A DNA stretch of 64,000 nucleotides from Candidatus Hydrogenedentota bacterium (GCA_045863295.1 BTWA01000005.1:64001-128000); one strand, 5' to 3'; positions 1 through 12,181 are shown, numbered from the stretch's first letter. The notes: generated by a model from the sequence alone, not told the origin. Numbers and translations are program-made.

Positions 1-188
1 TGGGACTCGTCCAGCCCCTGTGTTTCCAGGGTCTCCGAGTTGGTGTAGAAGCCGGCATCGTAGTTCTGCCAACCCGTGAAATAGTAGGAAATCCAGAGAT
101 TGACTTCCTCCGCCTGGGCGGCAGGTGCGGTCCCCAGGCAGAGCAGCCCGATGACCAGGCAAACCAGCAGGCGTTTGTAATTGAACAC
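1..188 (-). CDS. Secreted protein, 5' part only (runs off the window)
   Basis: GTG at 188 with a GGAGG RBS upstream; reads MFNYKRLLVCLVIGLLCLGTAPAAQAEEVNLW..., a Sec signal peptide with an AQA cleavage site; frame open to base 1. Confidence 0.75.
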   Translation of the reverse strand, partial: MFNYKRLLVCLVIGLLCLGTAPAAQAEEVNLWISYYFTGWQNYDAGFYTNSETLETQGLDES

Positions 189-270
189 GGCTGTTCCTCC
201 TTGTTGAAACCATGGCCCCGGCGGGTAAAGCAACGTCGGCGGCACGACCGAGCCGGCAGGCTCAGGCTTG

Positions 271-299
271 AGTGTATCGGTTTAGGTGAATATTGTCAA
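271..299 (-). promoter_or_regulatory. Sigma-70-type promoter for the gene at 1..188
   Basis: Minus strand reads TTGACA-17 bp-TACACT. Confidence 0.6.
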
Positions 300-486
300 G
301 AGTTAAGTATACAATCAAATGGGTGCCTCAAATTCATGATAACAACATGTTGAATTAGATGCGGAATCGACCACGATCCATGCTCAACAAAAGGGGTTGC
401 CATTTTCGTGGCAGGCTGATATACTCTTGACAATATAACGGATTCGTGCCCCCGGTATCGCGCCGGAGAACGTGGAGAGGCCCCAT

Positions 487-1074
487 ATGAAAGCCATCGC
501 CCCCATACTGTGCATCGGTCTTCTGGCAGCCCTGGCACCGGCCAATGCGTCCGAAGCGTGCGACTGCTGCAAAGACAAGAAGAGCGCCGTCAATAAGGTC
601 GCCGTTTGCAAAGACTACCAGGGCGACACCGCCTTCGCGTCCGACGTCTGGTGGGGGCACAAGGAACGGTCCTTCGGCAACTATATCCAGTTCGCCAAGG
701 CCGAGATCCCGGCGCCGCGCGTGGCCCCAGACTACGGCATTATTTACTTCGATCTCGACAAGTCCGTGCTGAAGCCCGAAGGTGTCGCCATTGCCGACAA
801 GGTGCTGGCGCACATGCAGCAGTACCCCGAAGATCACCTGCTGGTGGAAGGCCACTGCTGCGACTTGGCCACAAATGAGTACAACATGAAGCTCGGCCAG
901 CGCCGTGCCGATGCTGTGAAGAAATATCTAGTCGAACACGGCATCGCCGCCGACCGCATTGAAACGGTCAGCTACGGCGAGGAAAAGCGCACCACCAATG
1001 GAAAGGCGGAGCGTCCGCTCAACCGCCGCGCGGTTCCGGTCATTTGCATCAGCGCCGGCGAACCCGCGAAATAG
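487..1074 (+). CDS. OmpA/Pal-family peptidoglycan-binding protein
   Basis: Signal peptide; OmpA C-domain motifs IYFDLDKS, VEGHC, YNMKLGQRRA, SYGE, NRRA; ATG 487 after GGAGAGG. Confidence 0.9.
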   Translation: MKAIAPILCIGLLAALAPANASEACDCCKDKKSAVNKVAVCKDYQGDTAFASDVWWGHKERSFGNYIQFAKAEIPAPRVAPDYGIIYFDLDKSVLKPEGVAIADKVLAHMQQYPEDHLLVEGHCCDLATNEYNMKLGQRRADAVKKYLVEHGIAADRIETVSYGEEKRTTNGKAERPLNRRAVPVICISAGEPAK

Positions 1075-1095
1075 CTGCAGCAAGACTACTGAATC

Positions 1096-1137
1096 AAGCC
1101 TCTGGCATTCACCCGAATGCCAGAGGCTTTTCGTTTT
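1096..1137. terminator. Intrinsic terminator between convergent genes
   Basis: Perfect 15-bp stem AAGCCTCTGGCATTC/GAATGCCAGAGGCTT, 4-nt loop, T-rich tail. Confidence 0.8.
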
Positions 1138-1742
1138 CAGAGGGGCTGCTTGCCGGTAACCGAGGCATTCGCGCATTCAATAAAGATGTCGCCGCTGTCC
1201 CCACCCGGCAAGGTAAATACGATGCGCACCGGCGTGCCAACAATCCACTCGCGCACGCTGGTTTCCTGATTGCGTACTCCGTACGAGACTACTTGGCTGG
1301 AAACATCGACTGCGCCGTTGGCGAAGTCAGGCCCTTGAGTCATGGCCGCGTATCCGATAAAGGGTGATTGAGCGGAATAGCCCAAACCTTGAAGATAGGA
1401 TTCCACCGAGCTCGAAACAAACTCCGCATGAAACATTTCCGATACGATGCCGGGATTCACTGCATTGAGCGCATCGATTTGAAATAGCAAGGGCTGCAGC
1501 AATGGGCTGGTGGGCCGTTCATTCAAAACCACTTTGGTCGTCAAAGTCACGGTATCACCGATTTGAGGAGCGTCCGCCTTCGTCTCTCCTTCGGAAACGT
1601 TTGCCGTGGTCACGGTACCTGAGAACGTGAACAAGAACGGCTCAGGCGGCAGTGTCGAGAGCGGACACCCCACGCCCATGGTCAATAGCGTGGTGGAAAG
1701 CAACGTTGCGATGATGGCCGGATAGCGCATTCTCCGTGACAT
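1137..1742 (-). CDS. Hypothetical lipoprotein, paralog A
   Basis: ATG 1742 after CAGGAGA; lipobox-like MGVGC; clear similarity to 2223..2837. Confidence 0.8.
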   Translation of the reverse strand: MSRRMRYPAIIATLLSTTLLTMGVGCPLSTLPPEPFLFTFSGTVTTANVSEGETKADAPQIGDTVTLTTKVVLNERPTSPLLQPLLFQIDALNAVNPGIVSEMFHAEFVSSSVESYLQGLGYSAQSPFIGYAAMTQGPDFANGAVDVSSQVVSYGVRNQETSVREWIVGTPVRIVFTLPGGDSGDIFIECANASVTGKQPL

Positions 1743-1797
1743 GATTTTCTCCTGCGGTTGTTGATGTTGGCGCACTCGCGGCGCTTGTGGAAACGAC

Positions 1798-1817
1798 TTA
1801 GCAAGGTCCGATCCCGC
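1798..1817 (-). promoter_or_regulatory. Putative sigma-54 promoter of paralog A
   Basis: Minus strand GGGATCGGACCTTGCT is GG-N10-GC with TTGCT; the 20 bp are identical to 2895..2914. Confidence 0.5.
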
Positions 1818-2179
1818 TATTCGTGCATGCCAACGCAGACTCTTGCCGGACAATGAGTTGAGGCGTGTGTGCGACCACGGTCTGCCGTGAGATCAACCTG
1901 GTTGAAACGGCGCTCTGTTTAGATTTTGGCCACACCGTGTACGGAATCTGACTCGGCACGGAAATTGTCCATCCCCGGCGACAGATATCTGTTACTTCCG
2001 ATGGCCGCGTTGCATACCGGAAGGAAATTCCGCGGCGAACATTAAGTCACATTCAAAGTGTTGTCGCACACGGTGGGTGAAGCGGTAGGTCCGTTCGCGC
2101 TACCCGTTGATAAATCTTATTTCGTAACCGCCAACGGAGATTTCTTGAATATGCTTTTGTCTGACCCTACGAGTCCTTG

Positions 2180-2216
2180 ACCCCGGCGCACACCCATGCG
2201 CCGGGGTTTTATTATT
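2180..2216 (+). terminator. Hairpin with its T-tract on the + strand
   Basis: ACCCCGGCGCA-caccca-TGCGCCGGGGT followed by TTTATTATT. Confidence 0.6.
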
Positions 2217-2222
2217 GCGTTC

Positions 2223-2837
2223 TTAGAGCGGTTGAATGGAGGTAACCGTTGCGTTTCCGCAGGTAACCCACACCGAGTCTCCCGCCGGGGGATAGGAGAG
2301 CGGTAGCGAGAATTCGATTTTCACCGGCGTGCCAACCTGCCAATCACGCAACCCGACGGAATCATTGTAAATTACATGCGATACAACTTGGCTGGCGGTG
2401 TCAATTCGGCCCTGGTTTCCACTTGGAGTCACGCCATTGGTTGCGTAGCTCAAGAAGGACACCTGTGGCTCATATCCCAACCCAACCAAAAAGCTCTCCA
2501 GGGAACTGGACACGAAATCGGCTTTGAAAATCTCCAAGGTGCTATCGGGTGTTACCGCATTAATCGCGGCAATCTGGAGCACGAACGGTTGAAGCAACGG
2601 GTTGTCGGGAGTTTGATTGAAGACAATGTCCACCGTTAGTGTGACGGTATCGCCGACTGAGACCCCTTGAGCCTTTTCTCCTCCCCCGGATTCCTGCACG
2701 GACGTCACTTGTCCCGAAAATGTAAACCGGAACGGATCGGGCGGCTGCGTCGAGAACGGACACCCTGCCCCCATGGTCAATGATGCGGTTGCAAGCAGCA
2801 TCGTGGCACTGATTGTGAAGCGGATTCCCCGTGGCAT
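2223..2837 (-). CDS. Hypothetical lipoprotein, paralog B
   Basis: ATG 2837 after CAGGAGA; MGAGC lipobox; shares FTFSG, GDTVTLT, PLLQP, FVSSS, GLGY, SQVVS, VGTPV and terminal QPL with paralog A. Confidence 0.8.
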   Translation of the reverse strand: MPRGIRFTISATMLLATASLTMGAGCPFSTQPPDPFRFTFSGQVTSVQESGGGEKAQGVSVGDTVTLTVDIVFNQTPDNPLLQPFVLQIAAINAVTPDSTLEIFKADFVSSSLESFLVGLGYEPQVSFLSYATNGVTPSGNQGRIDTASQVVSHVIYNDSVGLRDWQVGTPVKIEFSLPLSYPPAGDSVWVTCGNATVTSIQPL

Positions 2838-2894
2838 GATTGTCTCCTGTGGTCGATGAAGTGAATGCACGCGCCGCGCGTGCGAAAAGGTGAG

Positions 2895-2914
2895 TTAGCA
2901 AGGTCCGATCCCGC
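2895..2914 (-). promoter_or_regulatory. Putative sigma-54 promoter of paralog B
   Basis: Identical to 1798..1817 and at nearly the same distance from the start codon. Confidence 0.5.
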
Positions 2915-3079
2915 CATACGCGCACGCTAGTGCAGATCGTTGCCTGACAACGAGTTGACGCACACGTGCGACTGCGAACTATCGAAGAACGTGAGCGGTT
3001 GAATCGGCGGACTGTTTAGAATTTGGCCATGCAGTGTATGAAATCTGGCTCGGCACGGATCTTGTCGATATCGGCAAAA

Positions 3080-3108
3080 TTGATCTGAGTCCGCCGATGG
3101 GCTACACT
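3080..3108 (+). promoter_or_regulatory. Sigma-70-type promoter for bioY
   Basis: TTGATC-17 bp-TACACT ending 8 nt before the ATG; no SD sequence. Confidence 0.45.
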
Positions 3109-3116
3109 TTCGCCCC

Positions 3117-3626
3117 ATGCACTACCAACTCACACTTCCCGCTCAATTGGTGTCCCGAGGCCGTGCGGCCGCGTGGATTGAAGTTCCCGTGGTCGCAGGG
3201 CTGATCGCCCTCGGCGCGCACGCGAAGATACCTTTCGAACCCGTGCCCATGACACTGCAAACCCTGCCCGTGCTGCTCGCGGGGTACGCAATTGGCCGTG
3301 AACGCGCCGTGAGCGCGGTCGCCCTCTATGTCGTGCTCGGGCTGTTGGGAGCGCCGGTTTTTACCGCCGTCACACTGGGTGCCACGGCCGGATACATCAT
3401 GTCCTGGTTTTTCGTGCCCTATGTCGTCACGTTCTTCAAGAATCCCGCATGGGGCCTTCTTGCCGGCACCGCGTTCATCTATCTCTGCGGCGCAAGCTGG
3501 CTTGCCTTTTACCTGGGACTGACCCCAACACAGGCGATCGGCGCGGGCGTCCTCCCCTTCCTCGCCGGCGATATGCTGAAAGCCGTCGTAGGATATAAAC
3601 TGCTGCCGTACCTGCGGCAGGGGTAA
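3117..3626 (+). CDS. bioY: Biotin transporter BioY (solitary S-component)
   Basis: PVPMTLQTL, YVVLGLLGAPVF, TAGYI and GVLPFLAGD motifs; hydrophobic. Confidence 0.9.
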   Translation: MHYQLTLPAQLVSRGRAAAWIEVPVVAGLIALGAHAKIPFEPVPMTLQTLPVLLAGYAIGRERAVSAVALYVVLGLLGAPVFTAVTLGATAGYIMSWFFVPYVVTFFKNPAWGLLAGTAFIYLCGASWLAFYLGLTPTQAIGAGVLPFLAGDMLKAVVGYKLLPYLRQG

Positions 3627-3645
3627 GAAGCAAATTCAAGTATTC

Positions 3646-3693
3646 GCGACCGGGCAGCGACTCAAGTAGTCGCCCCGGTCGCGTCTCGTTTTT
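3646..3693 (+). terminator. Probable terminator after bioY
   Basis: GCGACCGGG..GCGACT/AGTCGC..CCCGGTCGC stem followed by a T run. Confidence 0.55.
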
Positions 3694-3807
3694 GGCACGT
3701 CGTACTACTGATCCCTTTCTGTTTGAAACCAGTTCACCCTGCTATAATTCTGCCGTGGAAATCCAGACCATACCCTGGTAACGTTCGATTGCCTGGAGGG
3801 GTTTCGA

Positions 3808-5136
3808 ATGATCTGCCGCAATTCCCCAATCCTCACGTCGGCGATTCTTATTTTGTTAATGCTCGCATTGCGAGTCCACTCAGATTCGATTTCCGATCAG
3901 GCGGTTTTCGAGAGTTTTAGCCAATCAAATCCCGAACTTGTCAATCTAGTTGTGCTGAATCGCGCATCTGTTGGCGATTCTCTCGAATTGGTGATAGCCC
4001 TTGGCAGCCCGAATGCCAACGCAAGAGATCCCGAAGGGTGGGTTTGGTGGAGCGACGGCACGAAAATTGGCTTGTTTCTTCAGGAAGTGGCCACGCCCGC
4101 CAACGTACATGCTTTGGGACCCGCGATCGAATCCGGACATCGGGATTGCATGGCGCGTATTGAACGCGTAACGGCGACGGATGTTGTTCTCTCGTGCGTT
4201 GCGGAGAAGGTTCACAGATATCCGAACCAAAAATGGGTTTTTGATGCCGGCGAAAAGCGCCTGATCAAACAGTTTTCCTATCAGCCGTTCTCGATGGACC
4301 GCGTGCATACGACAGACGATCGCTTAGTGGTCGTGGGGAACAATCAAGAGGAATCGATTGCCGTCGAATTCCGCCCCGGACGCAACCCGGAGTTTGAGAT
4401 TCTACATGGCGCGAATGCAACAAAGTGGACAGCGCCACTGGAAGCAACCGGTGCAAAGCCAGGACAAGTTACACGAACGGATGCGCCCGATACTCCTCAC
4501 TTCGGACCCTCCAGTTCATTCAGCCTGGAAAAAGTAGACAGTCCCTTTGGGGGATCCGTGAACGGGGCCATACGGGAAGCCATTGGCGCTGAATCAAAGA
4601 TGTTTCTCATGCCGCAGTCCACGTACGATGAATTCGCGGTCGCGAGGTCAAGGCGTGTAGAGGACGGACATAGCAGAAGTACTACAACGATTGTCGAATG
4701 GATTGGTCCCTGGCAAATCGAGGGCGACAAATTCTGGTTTGGAAAGACCTTTTACGACGGCGAGGGCAACAGCGGAGTCGGTGGATTCGGCTATTTCGAT
4801 CCGAGTGACCAGATCTATCATATGTTTGCCCCGCCGGAAATCGCGGATTGGTCTGTTTCAGCCATCCATGTGACCGCGAACGCCGTTTGGCTTGCACTGA
4901 AGGATCGCGGCGAATATCGGGAATCCAGCGGCGGGCTGTTACGCTATGACCGCAATTCCGGTGTCGTTCGCAAGTTTGACCTTCGCGATATCACCAATCG
5001 GCTTGTCTCCATTGGCGACAGCACTCTGGCCGCGACGGAGATCGGCGTCGCCGTAGTCAAAAGAGGCACGGTGAAAAGGTACTTCGTCGACCGTGCCGCA
5101 GATAATGAACTATGCATTTCTGAGGCAACGGAATGA
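3808..5136 (+). CDS. Hypothetical exported protein, probably a beta-propeller
   Basis: 442-aa ORF with GGAGG RBS and N-terminal hydrophobic segment; blade-like strings (VSAIHVTANAVWLA, GGLLRYDR, LAATEIGVAVV). Confidence 0.7.
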   Translation: MICRNSPILTSAILILLMLALRVHSDSISDQAVFESFSQSNPELVNLVVLNRASVGDSLELVIALGSPNANARDPEGWVWWSDGTKIGLFLQEVATPANVHALGPAIESGHRDCMARIERVTATDVVLSCVAEKVHRYPNQKWVFDAGEKRLIKQFSYQPFSMDRVHTTDDRLVVVGNNQEESIAVEFRPGRNPEFEILHGANATKWTAPLEATGAKPGQVTRTDAPDTPHFGPSSSFSLEKVDSPFGGSVNGAIREAIGAESKMFLMPQSTYDEFAVARSRRVEDGHSRSTTTIVEWIGPWQIEGDKFWFGKTFYDGEGNSGVGGFGYFDPSDQIYHMFAPPEIADWSVSAIHVTANAVWLALKDRGEYRESSGGLLRYDRNSGVVRKFDLRDITNRLVSIGDSTLAATEIGVAVVKRGTVKRYFVDRAADNELCISEATE

Positions 5137-5166
5137 GGTTTTCGGAATGCCGGATTAATTTCCGCG

Positions 5167-6699
5167 TCAGTTCGGCCTTTCCTTGTGTATCAGCCAGCCT
5201 TCGTCAAACGCTACGTGTTTGATCGAATAGCGCCGATAGGTATACGTCACGTGCACCATGCCGTCGCTATCTTCGATGACGCAGGGATATGAAAACTCGC
5301 CCCAGTCGGCTTCCAATACTTTCGGTTCGCCCCACGTGAGGCCCCCGTCAGTAGACTGCTTCAATACCAGCGGCGTGCGATCTGATTGATCGGTGTCGTT
5401 GTACACCAGCACCAGGCGGCCGCTCTTCAATTTCGTCATTGCGATGCCGGAGTCCGGACATTTCAATTCGGTGCGTTCGGGCATGGTCCAGGATTGGCCG
5501 GCGTCGGTCGAGACGCTCTGCAAAATGCGCGGTTCGCTTCGCATCAGGCTCAACAGTTCACCGTTGTCTCGCTGTATCACGGTCGGCTGTTCGCCGCCCG
5601 GCATCACACCCGGCAACCTCGACCACGATCCGTCCTTGTTAAGGGTAACCAGGAACCCCGCATACTTCCCATCCACACGTCCGCTTAGCGGAACCGCGAT
5701 GGTTCCATCCGACAGCGTCAGCGCGGCGTTTCGCGGCAGCCACGCATACCCGTCCGGCATTTCCACGTCCTTGCTCCAAGTCTTGCCGTTGTCTTTCGAC
5801 GTGCGCACCATGATGCGGCATTGGCCCCACCCCGATCCGCGGCGAAGCGGCCGTGTGCTTTCCATGCGGCCCCAGAGGATGATCATCTCGTCGCCGTAGC
5901 CGCGCAGAATCAGGGCATTTCCCGGAGGCTGGTCTTGATTGGCAAGCATGCTTTCCGGTTTCGACCATATGCGCTCGCCTTTCTTCAACCGCGACAGAAA
6001 AAGCGCTTGGTCTTCCGCCGATTCGTAGCTCCCCCCGTACCACAGGCAAAGGAGGTCACCGTTCGGCGCTTCGGCGATAGTAGAGCAGTGATGGACAGGG
6101 GCTCCGGGGATAATGGAGAAGATGAGCTCAGATGAAAACGCCATGGTGCCGTACGGGTTCGGGATTTCCTTTCTTGCACCCCGCTCACCAATGGGAGTGG
6201 TCTTGAGCTCTTTCTCCCCGAGAAGTCCCAGGATGGCTGCTTCCAAGCCCGTAACCGGCCCGTGATACTCCAGTGTGCCATCGCCATCGATCAGGAAGAA
6301 TTCCGGCGTGACGGTCGCCCCGAATTGTGCAGCAGATTTCCCCGAAGGGTCCCGGTAAACGGGAAAGCGACATCCCTTGTTCTGCTGAAAAGCCCGAATC
6401 TCATCGCCGCTTTCCTCGGGATTGACCACAATGCCCACGAACAAGATATCTCTCAGGCGGTATTCTTCGTGAAGCAGATTGAATATAGGGAATTGCTGCT
6501 CCGTGCCCTCACAACGCGTGGAGAGAAAGGTAACGACCGTGCCTGCCCTTTCGCCGTAGTTGTTCATTGACCGGGGCAACCCGTCCAACGTCTCTATGGC
6601 CACGGCTCCCGGCGATTTGCCCAATTCCAGCGCTGCGGCCGAACCGGTCGCCCAGAATCCAAAGGCACAGGCAAGCAAGAGTGTCCACCGGTAAATCAT
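5167..6699 (-). CDS. Redoxin (AhpC/TSA-like) fused to a BNR/Asp-box sialidase-like propeller
   Basis: Signal peptide; redoxin-like FLSTRC...FPVYRD...TPEFFLID...YHG; Asp-boxes [31 protein letters not shown] 6699 after GGAGG. Confidence 0.85.
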   Translation of the reverse strand: MIYRWTLLLACAFGFWATGSAAALELGKSPGAVAIETLDGLPRSMNNYGERAGTVVTFLSTRCEGTEQQFPIFNLLHEEYRLRDILFVGIVVNPEESGDEIRAFQQNKGCRFPVYRDPSGKSAAQFGATVTPEFFLIDGDGTLEYHGPVTGLEAAILGLLGEKELKTTPIGERGARKEIPNPYGTMAFSSELIFSIIPGAPVHHCSTIAEAPNGDLLCLWYGGSYESAEDQALFLSRLKKGERIWSKPESMLANQDQPPGNALILRGYGDEMIILWGRMESTRPLRRGSGWGQCRIMVRTSKDNGKTWSKDVEMPDGYAWLPRNAALTLSDGTIAVPLSGRVDGKYAGFLVTLNKDGSWSRLPGVMPGGEQPTVIQRDNGELLSLMRSEPRILQSVSTDAGQSWTMPERTELKCPDSGIAMTKLKSGRLVLVYNDTDQSDRTPLVLKQSTDGGLTWGEPKVLEADWGEFSYPCVIEDSDGMVHVTYTYRRYSIKHVAFDEGWLIHKERPN

Positions 6700-6884
6700 A
6701 CGTACCTCCCTCCGCATTTCGTTCACGCCTCCATGATGGCGCTCCAAAAGCAGGAATGCAACGCCGCCGCACCCCAGGCGCTGCACACGCGCTCTGGTGA
6801 TGCAATTCGATACATATCCTGCTCGGTTATGCGACAGTTTCCTGGCGGGCCGCTCGTAACTCCCGTGAATTCATGGGATAATAG

Positions 6885-6900
6885 TGGCACGGTAGTTGCC
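6885..6900 (+). promoter_or_regulatory. Sigma-54 (-24/-12) promoter upstream of clpB
   Basis: TGGCACG-GTAG-TTGC matches the TGGCACG-N4-TTGC core, about 40 bp before the ATG. Confidence 0.75.
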
Positions 6901-6939
6901 CTTGGGAAAGCAGAGTTATTTCTAAGGGAGGGATTGTAC

Positions 6940-9537
<2,598 letters not shown>

Positions 9538-9605
9538 TTGTTCGTCTTGATCTCGTGACACTATTCACCGGCCCCGATGAATAGACCGTACAGAACGACC
9601 TCACG

Positions 9606-9673
9606 CCTGGCTCCCCCCAGCCAGGTTTTCCCCTGAAGGGCGGCGCCCTCCCCCGCGCCGCCCTTCCTTTTTT
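9606..9673 (+). terminator. Tandem hairpins; the second is an intrinsic terminator downstream of clpB
   Basis: CCTGGCT/AGCCAGG stem, then GAAGGGCGGCGC/GCGCCGCCCTTC stem followed by CTTTTTT. Confidence 0.75.
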
Positions 9674-9766
9674 AACGGTTGCCATGCACCGGGACAACCG
9701 TTTGAGGTACCCTATGCGTTTCCAGACCGACCCAAAAACCAACGCACGACCTTGGGGATACGCACC

Positions 9767-10399
9767 ATGAATCCGTTGCCTCCGCAGGCAATTCGAAAAG
9801 CGGCCGCCGGCACACTCGATATCGCGATCCGGAGCGTGTTTGAACCGTCCATTGCCCACGTCGGCCCTATCAATACCATTGGCTGCTTCTTTCTCAAGCA
9901 CCTCACGAAGTGCAACTTCGTACCCATGGCGGGGTCGATTTGGGTGCCCGTTCAGGGCGGCAACGTCAGCCTGCAGGCATCCCTGGATCAGGTGGAGGAC
10001 CACCAATACTACGTCTGGTCAGAATGCGAGATGCCGGATGGAAACGTCGTCCTGGTCGATTTTGCCGCCCGGTATTGGCCGGCGTGGGCGGCGGAATTTG
10101 GACTCTCCTGGCCCGGAAAGCCCCTCCCGTACCTGTGGCAGCCCCGTGACAGCATTGCCCCGGAAACGGCGGTCTACACCCTTCACCCGGAAATTACAGA
10201 CTCGGTCCGTCACGGAATCAATCAAGCCATTGAGTCTTACGACGGGGACGAGCCCGTGGCGACATGGGAAGCGGTGATAAACGATGCCCTGGAGCGGATA
10301 GCCAACCGGATGCAGAGCAACGACGAAGGCTGGGACTATCTGATGGAGACCGGAGTCGTTACGCCCGAGGACGAAGAAGAACAATCGTCTCCGAACTGA
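9767..10399 (+). CDS. Hypothetical protein, possibly DUF2026/transglutaminase-like fold
   Basis: About 210 aa with protein-like composition; YYVWSE...DG..VLVDFAA pattern. Confidence 0.7.
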   Translation: MNPLPPQAIRKAAAGTLDIAIRSVFEPSIAHVGPINTIGCFFLKHLTKCNFVPMAGSIWVPVQGGNVSLQASLDQVEDHQYYVWSECEMPDGNVVLVDFAARYWPAWAAEFGLSWPGKPLPYLWQPRDSIAPETAVYTLHPEITDSVRHGINQAIESYDGDEPVATWEAVINDALERIANRMQSNDEGWDYLMETGVVTPEDEEEQSSPN

Positions 10400-10422
10400 A
10401 CAAAGAGCGAACTTCCGGCAGC

Positions 10423-10460
10423 AAACGAAATGGGCTGTTCCGTCATCCGGAACAGCCCAT
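10423..10460 (-). terminator. Terminator between convergent genes
   Basis: Perfect 13-bp stem ATGGGCTGTTCCG/CGGAACAGCCCAT with an A-rich left flank. Confidence 0.7.
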
Positions 10461-10483
10461 GATCGCTGTGTGCCACAAATCGA

Positions 10484-12073
10484 CTAGAACGAAATCTTCG
10501 TGTCAAAGTAGAAGTAGTCGCCATCGTCTTCCGCGGTGCCGCCCGTGAAGCTGGTCCCGTTGAAGTCGACAAAGTTGCCGTCGGTCAGGCCGTCGCCCGT
10601 GAACATGTGCGACCAGCCAGCTTCGAAAACCAAATCTTCGCTGTAGTGGTAGCGCGCCCAGATGCCCGCTTCCCAGCCGAGATCGTCGTCGGTACCCTGG
10701 GTCCAAAAGCTTAAAGCCGGGGCCAAGGGCACTTTGAATCCGCCCAAGGAAAAGCTTGCCGGTTGATCAAAGGTTTCATTGGCTTGGAAGTAAGCAAGAT
10801 AAATACCCGCTTCAATGGCTTCCGTCGGTTTCACATCGACACCGGCTTGCACTGTCCACGCATTGGTCAACTGGTGCCACTCGTCTATGAAGTAACTATA
10901 GTGCTTGTTGGAAAACAACCGGTTGAAACTAATGCTCGATTCCGGCCGCGTGAAAGGATTCAGCCATTCAACAAAGCTGATTTCGCGATTGTCCTCACCA
11001 CCGAAATAGGCGCCGTTTAGCCACGCCCGCGGTTGCCACGCAACATCAAACGTGTAACCAACTTCCACGTCGCCCGCCCACGCGCTGAATTCCGCGTCGT
11101 CGTCTCCGTACAAGAAAGGCTTGAAGAATTGGCCGTATTGGCCCGCCTCGCCAAACTGATATGCGGCTTCCGCCGAGAAGTCGAAGGCGCCGATTGTACC
11201 GGCAGCCCGCAACCCTACCGTATGCAGATTGGTGGGGTCGTAGTCGTCGAGATTGAATAGATCTTCCGCCCACTCCAGCGGCGCCACGAAATTCGTGTCG
11301 TTGATCCGCTGGGCATCGCGCAGCCAGAGCCAGTACGCGTCAAACGTAATGTCCTCAAGCGCGGTGCATGTCAGGTAGATGCCCGCGAAGTCCATGTCGG
11401 CATCTTGTTCCACCGAAAACCGTTCCGCCAGCTTCGCCCAAAAGACGTCGATGCTATACGATTCCCCGCTGTACGTCAGGCGAAACGCGTCAAACGAAAG
11501 GCCCGGAAATTCCGGATTCAGTTGATTATTGCCCACCAGCCATTGGTTGCCCAGCAGGATTTCCTGGCGGCCAATGCGCGCGCGCAAGGGCATGCCAAAC
11601 ATGTCCCGTGCTTCTATATAGGATTGGTAGATCTCCACGTCGTCGTTGGACACCGACCGGCGATCAAACCCGGTCACGTAGTTGGACCGGAAATCCTCGC
11701 CCCACACGTCGTAGCTTTCCAACTCGATAAACGCGTTCACGTCGTTGGTGAATTGCGCATTGAAGCTCAGCGTCGTGCGCTGTTCAATGGTTGCATAATC
11801 CGAACGGGAATCGTCCCAATCGTAAAACGAGATTACGGCATTGCCGCCGAACAAATCCCCAATGGGACGTTTGGGAAGAAAGAACCCCGGAATCCGGATC
11901 TCCGGCGATATGAAGGCCGGACGGTTGCCGGGCGTGAATACGCTATTGTAATAAAGGCCGCGAATATGAATTTCGCCGCCAATTTCAACGTTCTGCAATT
12001 CTGCCGATGCGGTGCCCAAACCGGCCAGCATCAACAGGGTAGCGGCAACGCATGCCCGATACATGGCGCCCAT
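10484..12073 (-). CDS. Alginate-export-family outer-membrane beta-barrel
   Basis: Signal peptide; EIYQSYIE, RIGRQEILLG, FDAFRL, EAAYQFG strands; C-terminal Phe. Confidence 0.85.
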   Translation of the reverse strand: MGAMYRACVAATLLMLAGLGTASAELQNVEIGGEIHIRGLYYNSVFTPGNRPAFISPEIRIPGFFLPKRPIGDLFGGNAVISFYDWDDSRSDYATIEQRTTLSFNAQFTNDVNAFIELESYDVWGEDFRSNYVTGFDRRSVSNDDVEIYQSYIEARDMFGMPLRARIGRQEILLGNQWLVGNNQLNPEFPGLSFDAFRLTYSGESYSIDVFWAKLAERFSVEQDADMDFAGIYLTCTALEDITFDAYWLWLRDAQRINDTNFVAPLEWAEDLFNLDDYDPTNLHTVGLRAAGTIGAFDFSAEAAYQFGEAGQYGQFFKPFLYGDDDAEFSAWAGDVEVGYTFDVAWQPRAWLNGAYFGGEDNREISFVEWLNPFTRPESSISFNRLFSNKHYSYFIDEWHQLTNAWTVQAGVDVKPTEAIEAGIYLAYFQANETFDQPASFSLGGFKVPLAPALSFWTQGTDDDLGWEAGIWARYHYSEDLVFEAGWSHMFTGDGLTDGNFVDFNGTSFTGGTAEDDGDYFYFDTKISF

Positions 12074-12181
12074 AGCTCGTGGTCCTCCCTTCCGAGGTCA
12101 GCCTTCTCCCAGAAATCCGCCAAGTCGAACTAATCAAAGGCGGTAGTTCCTGCCCCCATACCAGCAGGTAATCAATAGACA

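Noticed and set aside
6733..6939. N-terminal extensions in the ORF track for clpB (also miaA, the 41076, 52882 and 60710 starts)
   Set aside because: Downstream starts have RBS, promoter or signal-peptide support; the extensions overlap neighbouring genes or promoters
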